Shown: positions 38,236 to 48,822, numbered from the stretch's first letter. The stretch: DNA of 64,000 nucleotides from an uncultured Candidatus Saccharibacteria bacterium (GCA_964622505.1 CAZUQJ010000001.1:44240-108239); one strand, 5' to 3'. Notes: generated by a model from the sequence alone, not told the origin. Numbers and translations are program-made.

Positions 38236-38859
38236 ATGTTTACCATCAATGCATTACGCCATTTTGTTGAATACCATGCATTTGCCGCATATATACTAAT
38301 CATTGTGGGGGTAATACTTGAAGGAGAAGTGGTAGTAATCCTTGCTGGTATATTTGCTCACCTCCGATCGATCAATATATATTGGGCAATGATCGCAATT
38401 CTCTTTGGTGGAGCGGCCAAGTCCGTCATTGGGTACATGCTCGGATGCCATTTGCGCAAGCATCATGCGCACTATGGTTTTATAAAAAGAATGGAGAGTC
38501 GCATTACCTATTTCCTTCCACGATTTGCCGAGAAGCCCTTTTGGTCCATCTTCCTCTCCCGATTTTTCATATTTGGACTCAATTGGTTTACACTTATTTT
38601 CTCCGGATATATGAAGGTCAAGATTAGGACATATATCCGCGCTGAATTGGTGTCTCTGGTGCTCTGGGCTACGGGCATGCTTGCACTTGGATATTTTGCC
38701 AGTTTTGCTGCGCTCTCCTTTAGCCGAGATGCTCGCAAATTTCTCGGAATATTGCTACTATTTTTTATAGCGTTCTTTATTTTTCAAAAATTAGTATCGT
38801 TTTGTATCGATCTATATGAGGATCGCTATCGCGACAATGTGGATACTAAGGTAGAATAA
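38236..38859 (+). CDS. DedA family membrane protein
   Basis: EGEVVVILAG, GYMLG, SRF. Confidence 0.8.
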   Translation: MFTINALRHFVEYHAFAAYILIIVGVILEGEVVVILAGIFAHLRSINIYWAMIAILFGGAAKSVIGYMLGCHLRKHHAHYGFIKRMESRITYFLPRFAEKPFWSIFLSRFFIFGLNWFTLIFSGYMKVKIRTYIRAELVSLVLWATGMLALGYFASFAALSFSRDARKFLGILLLFFIAFFIFQKLVSFCIDLYEDRYRDNVDTKVE

Positions 38860-38866
38860 TATATAT

Positions 38867-39754
38867 ATGAACATTTTTACAAAAAAGAAATTATTGGTTA
38901 CTCACAACGGCACATTCCATGCCGATGATATTTTTGCTACGGCTACGCTCTCTATCCTATGCGATGGCAATATAAAAGTGGTTCGTACTCGTGACCCCAA
39001 AATAATCGCCAAAGGGGACTTTGTCTACGATGTTGGCGGTGAACATACTCCCGAACAAAATCGCTATGATCATCATCAGGTAGGGGGAGCCGGTGTACGA
39101 GAAAATGGTGTGCCTTATTCTTCTTTTGGTTTAATTTGGAAACATTATGGAGAGAAATTGTGTGGAGGAATAGATATTGCAAATCTTGTTGATCAAAAAA
39201 TTGTTCAGCCAATTGATGCAAACGATAATGGTGTAGATACTTTCTCTTTAAAAAATGCTGGTGGATTGTATGTTATCCAAAATTTTCTGTATGCTTTTCG
39301 GCCAACATGGAAAGAGCCCGCAGAATACGATAAAGCATTTTTAAAATGTGTTGATTTTGCAAAAATGCTTTTACAAAGGGAAATTGTCCGAGCCCAAGCG
39401 CAAGTGGAAGCAAAAAATATTGTAGAAAGTTTTTATGAAAAAGCACAAGATAAAAGGATTGTAGAATTGGATGCACAGTACCCATGGAAAGATTTTATTT
39501 TACAGTACCCAGAGCCACTGTATATTGTTTCTCCAAAAGATGGTATGTGGCGAATAGAATGCGTTTTGAAAGAAAGGTATTCATTTGAAAACCGTAAATC
39601 ACTTCCAGAAAGTTGGGCTGGTTTACGAGATGAAATGCTGGAAAATGTAACTGGAGTACAAGGTGCAAGTTTTTGCCACAATGGCAGGTTTCTTGTAGTG
39701 GCAAAAACGAGAGTTGCTATACTCGCCCTTGCTAATAAGGCTTTATTAGCGTAA
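38867..39754 (+). CDS. MYG1 family exonuclease
   Basis: THNGTFHADD, YDVGG, YDHHQ, SSFGLIW, PESWAG, FCH. Confidence 0.92.
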   Translation: MNIFTKKKLLVTHNGTFHADDIFATATLSILCDGNIKVVRTRDPKIIAKGDFVYDVGGEHTPEQNRYDHHQVGGAGVRENGVPYSSFGLIWKHYGEKLCGGIDIANLVDQKIVQPIDANDNGVDTFSLKNAGGLYVIQNFLYAFRPTWKEPAEYDKAFLKCVDFAKMLLQREIVRAQAQVEAKNIVESFYEKAQDKRIVELDAQYPWKDFILQYPEPLYIVSPKDGMWRIECVLKERYSFENRKSLPESWAGLRDEMLENVTGVQGASFCHNGRFLVVAKTRVAILALANKALLA

Positions 39755-39756
39755 GC

Positions 39757-39855
39757 TAAAAAGCAGGATAGAAATGTTTGATTTTTGAGTCGTGTCGGAG
39801 CCCCCGCAGAGAGGGTAAAGCGCGATAAAATAAAATATTTCTATCCTGCTTTTTA
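39757..39855. repeat. 99-bp element with 19-bp perfect terminal inverted repeats
   Basis: TAAAAAGCAGGATAGAAAT...ATTTCTATCCTGCTTTTTA around a GC-rich core. Confidence 0.65.
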
Positions 39856-39866
39856 AATACAAAACT

Positions 39867-40838
39867 ATGTTCATAGACGAAATCAAAATTCATGCAAAAG
39901 CAGGACGCGGTGGAGACGGCGTTGTTCGCTGGCGCCAGGAGAAATTTATCGATCGTGGTGGTCCAAACGGGGGCGACGGTGGCCGAGGTGGTAGTGTATA
40001 TGCAGTAACTGTCCAGGATATAAACTTACTTTCCAAATACAAACACAAAAAAGAATTCAAAGCCGAAAAGGGTGACGACGGTGCTGGCGGTAGCAGGCAT
40101 GGTAAAGATGGTCAGGATTTGATTATTCAGTTGCCAGTAGGAAGCATTATCACCAATGTTGAAAATGGTGCATCGGTGTCACTGGAAAAAGTGGGCCAAA
40201 AAGAATTGTTACTCAAAGGTGGCGTTGGTGGCTACGGCAACGAGCAGTTCAAGAGCTCTATAAATACTACTCCTACAAAAGCGACCAAAGGAAGCTTTGG
40301 CGAAGAAGGCAATTTCAAAATAGAATTACAACTTTTTGCCGACATCGGTTTGGTTGGTTTACCAAATGCAGGCAAAAGCTCCATGCTCAATTCGCTGACT
40401 AATGCGCATGCCAAAATCGGTGCGTACCAATTCACCACCCTTGATCCAAATCTTGGTGAATTTCATAAATACATTATTGCAGACATTCCAGGACTTATCG
40501 AAGGTGCCTCTGGAGGCAAAGGTTTGGGTATCAAATTCCTCCGCCATATTAAACGTACCAAAATGATCGCCCACTTGGTATCTTTTGAAAATCCAGAGAT
40601 GATGAAAGTGTACAAACAGATCCGCAAGGAGTTGGAAAAATATGATAAGTTGTTGGGAGAAAAAGATGAGATCATTGTTTTGACTAAAACAGATACCGTA
40701 GATAACCAGAAAGTGATAGACAAAGCAGTCAAAGAATTTACAAAGTTAGACAAACCCGTCTTTGTATTATCACTATATGACGATAAATCTGTTAAAAGTT
40801 TTTCAGACGCACTCGTCAAGCTTTTACGAACTAAATAG
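39867..40838 (+). CDS. obgE: GTPase ObgE
   Basis: Gly-rich Obg fold, GLPNAGKS, FTTLDP, DIPGLIEGA. Confidence 0.96.
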   Translation: MFIDEIKIHAKAGRGGDGVVRWRQEKFIDRGGPNGGDGGRGGSVYAVTVQDINLLSKYKHKKEFKAEKGDDGAGGSRHGKDGQDLIIQLPVGSIITNVENGASVSLEKVGQKELLLKGGVGGYGNEQFKSSINTTPTKATKGSFGEEGNFKIELQLFADIGLVGLPNAGKSSMLNSLTNAHAKIGAYQFTTLDPNLGEFHKYIIADIPGLIEGASGGKGLGIKFLRHIKRTKMIAHLVSFENPEMMKVYKQIRKELEKYDKLLGEKDEIIVLTKTDTVDNQKVIDKAVKEFTKLDKPVFVLSLYDDKSVKSFSDALVKLLRTK

Positions 40839-40856
40839 ATATAGTATAGTAGCAGT

Positions 40857-42317
40857 ATGGATTCCAAATACTATACAACCATAGGTCTCGAAATACACGT
40901 TGAATTGAAAACAAATTCAAAGATGTTTTGCGGTTGCAAGAACAATGTTGACTTGCCAGCAGAAGGCACAGAATACAAACCAAATATCTATATATGTCCT
41001 GTGTGCATGGCGCACCCGGGGACTTTGCCTGTGGCAAACAAAAAGGCGATAGAGAGCGTGATCAAAGTCGGTCTTGCCCTCGGTGGGACGATTGCCGACT
41101 TTTCAGAATTTGATCGCAAGAACTATTTCTACCCCGATATCCCAAAAGCGTATCAGATCTCGCAGTACAAATATCCGATCGTTAGCGGTGGGCACTTGCA
41201 TGGTGTCGATATTACTCGTGTGCACCTCGAAGAAGATACGGCCACATCGAGTCACAGCTCGGAGGGCTCACTTGTCGATTTCAATCGCGCTGGTGTGCCA
41301 CTAATGGAGCTTGTTACCGAGCCTTGTATTCACGACACCGACACACTTTCCAATTTTGCGCACGAATTACAAACGCTACTTCGATATCTTGATGTATCAG
41401 ATGCAAATATGGAAAAGGGTCAGATGCGTGTGGAGGTAAATATTTCTGTATCAGCTGACAAGGACACATTAGGCGTGCCGGTGGAGGTCAAAAATATCGC
41501 TTCTTTCCGCTCTGCAGTAAAAGCCGCTTTGTATGAACAAAAGCGTATGATTGCTTTGATTGAAGATGGCAAGATAGCTGAGATAATAAAGGAGACTCGA
41601 GGTTGGGATGATAGTAAACAAAAAACTTTTTCACAGCGCACAAAAGAGAATGCCGAGGACTATCGATATTTCCCCGATCCTGATCTGCCAAAAATGTATT
41701 TACACAAAGCTTTTGATATAGAAAAAATGCGAAGCGAGTTGCCAGAACTACCAGTTGCTAAACGCACAAGATATAAGAATGACTACGGTATCAAAGATGA
41801 GGATATCGAAAGCTTTATAGAAGATATAGAACTTTCAAAATGGTTTGAGGGTGTTGCAAGTATTTTATCCACCCCGCCTAAAGGCACCCCTCAAGAGGGG
41901 AATTTGGCTCTCATAAAAACAGCATCCAATTATATTACTTCAGATTACTTAGGACTCAAAAAGGGAAATTCGGAAGTCCGACTTCCAACGGCTGAGCATT
42001 TTGCCGAGCTTATAAATATGGTTTCTGACGGTGTACTTTCTTCCCGTGGGGCAAAAGACATATTGGCAATGATTGTAATTACAGACGAGTCGCCAATGAA
42101 AATAGCCACTGAGAAAGATTTGATCCAGAAAAACGATGAGGGGGCGCTCAAAGAGATAGCTCAAAAAATCATCGATGCTAATCCGACAGTGGTAGCAACA
42201 TACAAAGGTGGCAAGGAGAATGCATTAATGTCTCTAGTAGGCCAAATAATGAAAGAAACAAAAGGCTCCGCGAACCCTGCGCTTGTGCAGAAAATCTTAA
42301 AAGAATTGTTGAGTTAA
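40857..42317 (+). CDS. gatB: Asp/Glu-tRNA amidotransferase subunit B
   Basis: IGLEIHVEL, RKNYFYPD, HLEED, DFNRAGVPLMELV, YRYFPDPDL. Confidence 0.97.
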   Translation: MDSKYYTTIGLEIHVELKTNSKMFCGCKNNVDLPAEGTEYKPNIYICPVCMAHPGTLPVANKKAIESVIKVGLALGGTIADFSEFDRKNYFYPDIPKAYQISQYKYPIVSGGHLHGVDITRVHLEEDTATSSHSSEGSLVDFNRAGVPLMELVTEPCIHDTDTLSNFAHELQTLLRYLDVSDANMEKGQMRVEVNISVSADKDTLGVPVEVKNIASFRSAVKAALYEQKRMIALIEDGKIAEIIKETRGWDDSKQKTFSQRTKENAEDYRYFPDPDLPKMYLHKAFDIEKMRSELPELPVAKRTRYKNDYGIKDEDIESFIEDIELSKWFEGVASILSTPPKGTPQEGNLALIKTASNYITSDYLGLKKGNSEVRLPTAEHFAELINMVSDGVLSSRGAKDILAMIVITDESPMKIATEKDLIQKNDEGALKEIAQKIIDANPTVVATYKGGKENALMSLVGQIMKETKGSANPALVQKILKELLS

Positions 42318-42318
42318 T

Positions 42319-42537
42319 ATGGAAATCAAATTAGGCACATACAAGCATTTCAAGGGGCATACTGTTGAGGTCATAGCTGTCGCTAAAAATTCTGAAAATT
42401 ACAATGAGGAGTTTGTTGTCTATACGCACCCATACGAGGGGCATGAGCAGACATGGATCCGTCCAGTTGCAATGTTCCAGGAAAATGTAGAACGCGATGG
42501 GTACAGTGGCCCGCGATTTGAATATATTGTTAAATAA
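42319..42537 (+). CDS. DUF1653 family protein
   Basis: Y.HFKG..VEV..VA..SE, VVY, WIRP..MF, PRF. Confidence 0.85.
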   Translation: MEIKLGTYKHFKGHTVEVIAVAKNSENYNEEFVVYTHPYEGHEQTWIRPVAMFQENVERDGYSGPRFEYIVK

Positions 42538-43085
42538 AAAGGGCTCAGAATATTGTTCTGAGTCCTTTTTTTAATTACAAAAGAAAATGATTCTTTCATT
42601 GCGATCAAGATAGATAGCCCTTGGAAGATTACAAAAACATAATCACAATTTTTAAACAAAATGTACGCCAACAATGTATCGGCAATTAAGTTGATAAACC
42701 AACCTAATTTTTTGTTTCTTGCGATCAGTAAACCCCCAATCAGGAAAGCTCCCGATGAAATTGTTTCGTGGATGCTGTCATCTCCTGTTATAAAATAGAT
42801 GATGACGACAATAATAGCGACAAAAGCCATAATGTTGTCAGTTTGAGTTACTTTTTCAAGTCCTCGTTTCCACTTGTGGAAACCATAGATTGCAAAAGGT
42901 ATATTCAACATCTCAACTAGGCCAAGAATATAATGTGCATGCAGTCAGAAGAAGACTGCTGCTTGGGTCGAGGCAATGATTGCCATCGTCCAGCCAATTA
43001 ATTTTCCTTTTGCAAGCAAATGCTCGCTCCAAACTGCGCTAAGGGCTACAGTTCCTTGTAATACGTAATCAATGTACAGTTGCAT
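42420..43085 (-). pseudogene. PnuC-like membrane transporter interrupted by an in-frame TGA
   Basis: ATG 43085 is in frame with ORF 42420-42911 with a single TGA at 42945-42947; A.GK..GW, YGF..W and ARNK..GW....IAD motifs. Confidence 0.6.
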
Positions 43086-43143
43086 AAGTCGAACGTCTTA
43101 TAGTTCATTTACATTGTACACCTTTTTGATATAATACAAATAT

Positions 43144-44166
43144 ATGAAAACAATCAAAGTAGCTATAAATGGGTTTGGGCGCATTGGGCGCGCATTTTTA
43201 AAAATTGCTTGGGAGAGGGAAGAAATCGAGATAGTTGCGGTCAATGACTTGGGTTCTATAGAATCCTTGGCCTATTTGCTCCGCCACGATACTGTATACC
43301 GAGACTGGGGTCACAAGGTAGAAGTTGTGGGGACCGATTTGGTGATTGATGGTAAAACTGTCAAATTTATTTCCGAAAAAGATACAACCAAGTTACCATG
43401 GGGCGCTATGGGTATAGATGTTGTTGTTGAGTCCACAGGACTATTTACTTCATTTGAGAAATCAAAATTCCATATAGATTGTGGTGCGAAAAAGGTGGTC
43501 ATCTCTGCTCCATCAAAAGGCGATGGGTCAGTGGCTGGTGCAACAATTTTGCTTGGTGTGAACGAAGACCAATTCGGTACTTGTGACATTACTTCCAACG
43601 CATCTTGTACTACCAACGCAGCAAGCCCTATCATTGGCATCCTCGACGAAGCTTTTGGTATAGAAAAGGCTCTGCTCTCTACCACTCACGGATACACCGG
43701 TACGCAAGCACTTGTGGATGGTCCAAGTAAAAAGGATCTTCGCGAAGGCCGTGCAGCTGCACAGAACATTGTTCCATCTTCAACTGGTGCTGCAATAGCT
43801 GTGGCAACTGCTTACCCAAAACTTACAGGACTCTTTGATGGTATATCACTTCGTGTGCCAGTGCCAGCAGGATCAATTGTCGATGTTACATTTATTTCTA
43901 CAAAACCAACGACAGCTGAAGAAGTGAATACAGCACTTAAAAATGCAGCAAGTAGTCCTCGCTGGCAAGGTGTGTTTGCAGTTACCAATGAGCCACTAGT
44001 ATCTAGCGACATCTTGGGCAACAGTCATGCATCGATCGCTGATCTCGAGATGACTCGAGTTGTAGGTGGGAATTTGGTAAAAGTATTGGCATGGTACGAC
44101 AACGAAATGGGGTACACTCATACACTTGTAGATCACGTTATCAAAACAGGGAATACAATAAAATAA
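43144..44166 (+). CDS. gap: glyceraldehyde-3-phosphate dehydrogenase
   Basis: AINGFGRIGR, SNASCTTN, WYDNE. Confidence 0.97.
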   Translation: MKTIKVAINGFGRIGRAFLKIAWEREEIEIVAVNDLGSIESLAYLLRHDTVYRDWGHKVEVVGTDLVIDGKTVKFISEKDTTKLPWGAMGIDVVVESTGLFTSFEKSKFHIDCGAKKVVISAPSKGDGSVAGATILLGVNEDQFGTCDITSNASCTTNAASPIIGILDEAFGIEKALLSTTHGYTGTQALVDGPSKKDLREGRAAAQNIVPSSTGAAIAVATAYPKLTGLFDGISLRVPVPAGSIVDVTFISTKPTTAEEVNTALKNAASSPRWQGVFAVTNEPLVSSDILGNSHASIADLEMTRVVGGNLVKVLAWYDNEMGYTHTLVDHVIKTGNTIK

Positions 44167-44167
44167 C

Positions 44168-44470
44168 ATGGAAGATCAATCTGTAAATACTCAAAATCCA
44201 TCTAAAACACTAAGCCTGAAAGCTTTTTTTAAAAGCTTCGCTTTGTTTATATTACAAATCCTGCTCGCTCTTTTCATACTTCTTAGTTCCTTTTTTGGTG
44301 GGAATTCGGGTTTGGTAAATGGAGCAATTATGATAGCTTTTGTACTTTTTGTGTTTGGTTTTAAAGTAACTTACGAAAATAAAGGTGCCCGCTTGATACC
44401 AGGTACTTTTTCTGTCCTATCTGTAATTCTTTGGGTAACTCTTATCGTTTATATCGCAGATATTTTCTAA
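44168..44470 (+). CDS. hypothetical 3-TM protein
   Basis: Hydrophobic 100 aa. Confidence 0.6.
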   Translation: MEDQSVNTQNPSKTLSLKAFFKSFALFILQILLALFILLSSFFGGNSGLVNGAIMIAFVLFVFGFKVTYENKGARLIPGTFSVLSVILWVTLIVYIADIF

Positions 44471-44474
44471 ATAT

Positions 44475-45251
44475 TTACTCCATCTTTCCTTTAAAGACAC
44501 ACACAGCAGGGCCGGAGAGCCAGATGTTTTTGTATTCACCGTCTTCGGTTACCTCGAATTCTATAGTTAGGTCTCCGCCAGGCATTTTTACTGTGCATGT
44601 ATTACCTTCAAACATTTGGAGGGTATGAGCTGCGATAGCGATCGAGGTTGCACCAGTGCCACAGGCCAGCGTCTCGTCTTCGACACCGCGCTCATAGGTG
44701 CGGGCATAAAATACGCCGTCTTTTGCTTCAACAAAGTTTGCATTTACGCCGTCGGGGTGCGAGTAGCGGATCTGGCGGCCTTCTTCCACAACGGGATAAT
44801 TTTCTATATCATTCACAAATTTGATCACATGCGGTGTGGTTCCGGAATAGAGGAATGGTAAGTCATTGTGTGTCAGCACCAAATCGACATCTTGCATTTT
44901 GAGCTTGACCTCATTGCCACCGATACTTGCTTCGTGCTCGCCGTCGACTGATTTAAATCGGATATTGTTTGGGTCGCCGATGATTCCCAGCACTCGCTCG
45001 GCAAAATGCACAATGCATCGTCCGCCATTGCCGCACATTGCTCCAATACTGCCATCGCTATTCATATACACCATTTCGAAATTGTGGTCGGGGTGATTCT
45101 CTAGAAGGATGATGCCGTCCGCACCAATACCTACATGCCTGTGGCACAATAGTTTGATATTGTCGGTATCGTTGATATCAAATACCTTGTCGCGGTTGTC
45201 GATCATTATAAAGTCGTTGCCGGCTCCATGATATTTGTAAAATTCAAACAT
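44475..45251 (-). CDS. dapF: diaminopimelate epimerase
   Basis: KYHGAGNDF, GIGADG, MCGNGGRC, YERGVEDETLACGTG. Confidence 0.96.
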   Translation of the reverse strand: MFEFYKYHGAGNDFIMIDNRDKVFDINDTDNIKLLCHRHVGIGADGIILLENHPDHNFEMVYMNSDGSIGAMCGNGGRCIVHFAERVLGIIGDPNNIRFKSVDGEHEASIGGNEVKLKMQDVDLVLTHNDLPFLYSGTTPHVIKFVNDIENYPVVEEGRQIRYSHPDGVNANFVEAKDGVFYARTYERGVEDETLACGTGATSIAIAAHTLQMFEGNTCTVKMPGGDLTIEFEVTEDGEYKNIWLSGPAVCVFKGKME

Positions 45252-45366
45252 AGTATCAGTATACTACCTTTCAAGGACTCTCCCTATGCCCCCTAGACAC
45301 TTTATTCATAAATAGGGTATAATGTATAGGTATCGTATTTATTATCAAATAACTATCTATAATATT

Positions 45367-45624
45367 ATGGCAGAGAAAAAAGTATCAGCTTTCATGAAGC
45401 CGATGAAGATAAGTGAAGAGCTAGCATTAGTAGTAGGTAAAGGTCCTATGCCACGCTCCGAAGTGGTAAAGGCATTGTGGGTATATATCAAGAAGAACAA
45501 CCTTCAAGATCCAAAAGCAAAGCGCAATATAATTGCCGATGCAAACCTTAAGCCAGTCTTTGGAGGCAAAGCAGTAGTAAACATGTTTGAGATGACAAAG
45601 CTTGTCTCAAAGCATCTTTCATAA
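45367..45624 (+). CDS. SWIB/MDM2 domain protein
   Basis: S.ELA.VVG...R.EVVK.LWVYIK..NLQDP..KR.I.AD..L..VF. Confidence 0.92.
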   Translation: MAEKKVSAFMKPMKISEELALVVGKGPMPRSEVVKALWVYIKKNNLQDPKAKRNIIADANLKPVFGGKAVVNMFEMTKLVSKHLS

Positions 45625-45707
45625 AAAAATACAATTGTAAAACAAAAGCCACCCTTCGGCAATAAGCTCAGGGTGGCTTTTGTTTTTTCTTTTGCTATAA
45701 TGTGGGC

Positions 45708-46181
45708 ATGAAAATCTACATTGGCACTGATCATGCCGGCTTTGAATTAAAAGAGAAATTAAAAGTCTATATAGGAGAGTTGGGTTATGACGTCGCGGAT
45801 ATGGGTCCATATGTTTACGATGGTGAAGATGATTATCCAGATTTGATCCGCCCAGTAGCAGAGGCTGTAGCCACTGATGCAGGAAGTATGGGAGTTATTC
45901 TTGGAGGATCAGGCCAAGGCGAAGCAATGTGTGCCAACAGGGTCCTAGGCGCTCGCGCCGCAGTATTCTACGGCGGTGCAACTACTCAGACAGATATCTC
46001 GGGTAATACGCTCGACATGATAGCTTCTATGCGTGAGCACAACAATGCCAACATCATATCTCTCGGCGCACGCTTTATGAGCGAAGAGGAAGTCAAAGAT
46101 GCGGTCAAAAGATTCCTCGAGCTTCCATTCTCGGAAAACCCACGACACGTTCGCCGTATTAATAAATTAGACAATAAATAA
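45708..46181 (+). CDS. rpiB: ribose-5-phosphate isomerase B
   Basis: GTDHAG, DYPD, GGSGQG, HNNAN, RHVRRI. Confidence 0.93.
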   Translation: MKIYIGTDHAGFELKEKLKVYIGELGYDVADMGPYVYDGEDDYPDLIRPVAEAVATDAGSMGVILGGSGQGEAMCANRVLGARAAVFYGGATTQTDISGNTLDMIASMREHNNANIISLGARFMSEEEVKDAVKRFLELPFSENPRHVRRINKLDNK

Positions 46182-46182
46182 T

Positions 46183-46902
46183 ATGTTTGAAATAATTCCA
46201 GCAATTTTAGTAAAAAAGTTCGATGATTTAAAAGATACTCTTTCCAAGCTTGTCGGCGTAGTACACACAGTGCAAGTGGATTTTTGTGATGGAGTATTTG
46301 TGCCGTCAAAAACTTGGCCGTATGCAGATGGGGTAGACGAAGAAGGCAGGATTATGGATCATCATTTTAACAAAATCATCAATGAGGAAGATGGAATGCC
46401 TTTCTGGAACGAATTTGAATTTGAACTCCATTTGATGGTAAATCAAGCTCACAAAGATTTTGGTACATTCTTGAAATTGGGGCCAAAGGCTGTACTGTTC
46501 CAGCTTGAAGCCGAGGGTGAGGTGGCAGAATTCAAAGAATTCCTTGAAGGTATCGATCCGTATGTACGCGACAATATCGATATTGGCTTGTCGATCAATA
46601 TAGATACCGATTTAGAGATTGTGTACCCACTAGTACCACTCCTTTCATTTATTCAAGTCATGGGTATTGCAAAGATTGGTTACCAAGGCCAAGGCTTTGA
46701 TGACCGCGCCCTCGAGAAAATAAAAACACTGCGCGCAAAATATCCTGATCTGATTATTACAGTTGACGGTAGTGTCAATATGGAAACAGCTCCGAGAATT
46801 ATAAAAGCAGGTGCGACAAAATTGGTAGTAGGTTCAGCGTTGTGGAAAGACGATGATCCAGCCGGTGCCATCTTTGAAATGCAACAAGAGATTATTAAAT
46901 AA
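46183..46902 (+). CDS. rpe: ribulose-phosphate 3-epimerase
   Basis: VDFCDGVFVP, ELHLMV, GYQGQ, VDG.V, VVGS. Confidence 0.88.
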   Translation: MFEIIPAILVKKFDDLKDTLSKLVGVVHTVQVDFCDGVFVPSKTWPYADGVDEEGRIMDHHFNKIINEEDGMPFWNEFEFELHLMVNQAHKDFGTFLKLGPKAVLFQLEAEGEVAEFKEFLEGIDPYVRDNIDIGLSINIDTDLEIVYPLVPLLSFIQVMGIAKIGYQGQGFDDRALEKIKTLRAKYPDLIITVDGSVNMETAPRIIKAGATKLVVGSALWKDDDPAGAIFEMQQEIIK

Positions 46903-46920
46903 TTGTGTTAAAATAAATAT

Positions 46921-47811
46921 ATGGATTCACATCTTACCGACGAGCAAATATTAGATTTAGAAATTCAAGCGGGCAAAATCCGCATGAGTATTATCGAGAT
47001 GCTAGCCGAGGCAAAATCTGGCCACACTGCAGGACCTCTTGGTATGACTGATGTATTTACACTGCTATATTTCCACACAATGAAGCATGATCCAAAGAAT
47101 CCTACATGGGCCTTGCGCGACAGACTCATACTTTCCAATGGCCATATCTGCCCAGTACTATATGCCACCATGGCGCATGCTGGATATTTCCCCGTAGAAG
47201 AATTGATGACACTAAGAAAATTCGGCTCACGATTACAAGGGCACCCACACCGCGAATTTCTACCGATGGTAGAGACAAGTTCAGGTCCACTTGGTTCTGG
47301 GCTTTCTCAAGCTGTTGGGATGGCTATAGCAGACCGTATCGATGGTGGGGATAAAAAATTCTATGTATTGATGGGGGACGGAGAGCAAGATGAAGGCAAT
47401 ATTTGGGAGGCAGCAATGCTTGCTGGAAAAGAGAAATTGCGAAATGTAGTAGCAATTGTAGACCGTAACTTTATCCAGATAGATGGTAATACTGAGGATG
47501 TATTACCTCTTGGCGACTTGGCGAAAAAATATGAAGAATTCGGCTGGCATGCACAGGAAGTAGATGGCCACAATATAGCGGAGCTCAATGATGCAATCAA
47601 TCGTGCACGGGCTGTAGCCAACAAGCCATCAATTATTATTGCTATCACAATTCCAAGCAAGGGTGTTAAATCTTTTGAGGGTGACTATCGCTGGCATGGC
47701 AACCCACCAGGATCGGGACCGATAGAAGTTGTCGCAAAAGACAAGCAAAAGGAAGTTGCACTCGCAGAACTACAAGCAATACAAGATAAATTAATGGCAC
47801 TAAAAAAATAA
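46921..47811 (+). CDS. transketolase N-terminal subunit
   Basis: SGH, RDRLILSNGH, LQGHP, GDGEQDEG. Confidence 0.94.
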   Translation: MDSHLTDEQILDLEIQAGKIRMSIIEMLAEAKSGHTAGPLGMTDVFTLLYFHTMKHDPKNPTWALRDRLILSNGHICPVLYATMAHAGYFPVEELMTLRKFGSRLQGHPHREFLPMVETSSGPLGSGLSQAVGMAIADRIDGGDKKFYVLMGDGEQDEGNIWEAAMLAGKEKLRNVVAIVDRNFIQIDGNTEDVLPLGDLAKKYEEFGWHAQEVDGHNIAELNDAINRARAVANKPSIIIAITIPSKGVKSFEGDYRWHGNPPGSGPIEVVAKDKQKEVALAELQAIQDKLMALKK

Positions 47812-47812
47812 T

Positions 47813-48808
47813 ATGTTAAACCAACAATTCCATTTAAATACAAAAATGTTTGACGATGATGTAGAGCAAGTTCCAATCCGCAAAGGCTTCGGTCAAGGGT
47901 TGCTCAAAGCTGGCGAGCTCGATCCCAATGTTGTAGCACTCTGTGCTGACTTGGTAGAGAGTACCCAGATGCATTTTTTCAGCGAGCGATTCCCCGAGAG
48001 ATATGTCGAGATCGGTGTTGCCGAGCAAAACTTGGTAACAGTTGCTGCTGGTATGGCTGCTATGGGCAAGATCCCTTTTGCATCAAGCTATGCTATGTTC
48101 TCACCAGGGCGTAACTGGGAGCAGATCCGTACCACTGCTTGCTACAACGACTTGCCGGTGAAGGTTGTGGGAAGTCATGCTGGAGTATCTGTAGGCCCAG
48201 ACGGTGGTACACACCAAGCGATCGAAGACATTGCTCTCATGCGAATATTGCCCAATATGGTAGTGATCTCACCATGTGACTCAATAGAGGCTCACAAAGC
48301 TACAATGGCTACAGCCTTGGATAAACATCCTACATATTTGCGTCTCGCTCGTGAGAAAACTCCAATCATGACTACAGACGATACACCTTTTGAAATAGGT
48401 AAAGCACAAATATTTTACACACCAGACACAGGACTCGCACAAGTGGGTATTATTGCTACCGGTGCATTGGTGCACAAAGCCATGATGACTGCAAAGAAAT
48501 TGGAAGCTGAGGGGATTAAAGTCAAAGTTATGAATATGGCGACAATCAAGCCACTCGATGAAAATGCAGTGATTGAACTTGCAAAAGAGACGGGTCGCAT
48601 TGTTACTGTCGAAGAGCATCAGATCAAAGGTGGCCTTGGTGGTGCTATTGCAGAATTCCTAGCACAGAATCATCCTACAATGATAGAATTTGTCGGAGTC
48701 AAAGATGTCTTTGGCCAGTCGGGTACACCAAACGAGCTCATCGAACACTACGGCATGGGCGCAAAAGACGTAGAGGCTGCGGTACGCAAAATCTTAATAA
48801 GAAAATAA
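47813..48808 (+). CDS. transketolase C-terminal subunit
   Basis: GVAEQN, GPDGGTHQ, TVEEH. Confidence 0.94.
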   Translation: MLNQQFHLNTKMFDDDVEQVPIRKGFGQGLLKAGELDPNVVALCADLVESTQMHFFSERFPERYVEIGVAEQNLVTVAAGMAAMGKIPFASSYAMFSPGRNWEQIRTTACYNDLPVKVVGSHAGVSVGPDGGTHQAIEDIALMRILPNMVVISPCDSIEAHKATMATALDKHPTYLRLAREKTPIMTTDDTPFEIGKAQIFYTPDTGLAQVGIIATGALVHKAMMTAKKLEAEGIKVKVMNMATIKPLDENAVIELAKETGRIVTVEEHQIKGGLGGAIAEFLAQNHPTMIEFVGVKDVFGQSGTPNELIEHYGMGAKDVEAAVRKILIRK

Positions 48809-48822
48809 ATACAATAAAATTT

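Noticed and set aside
42945-42947. UGA recoding (genetic code 25)
   Set aside because: Long conserved genes have no internal TGA, and TGA serves as a stop in the ATGA overlap at 19952-19955
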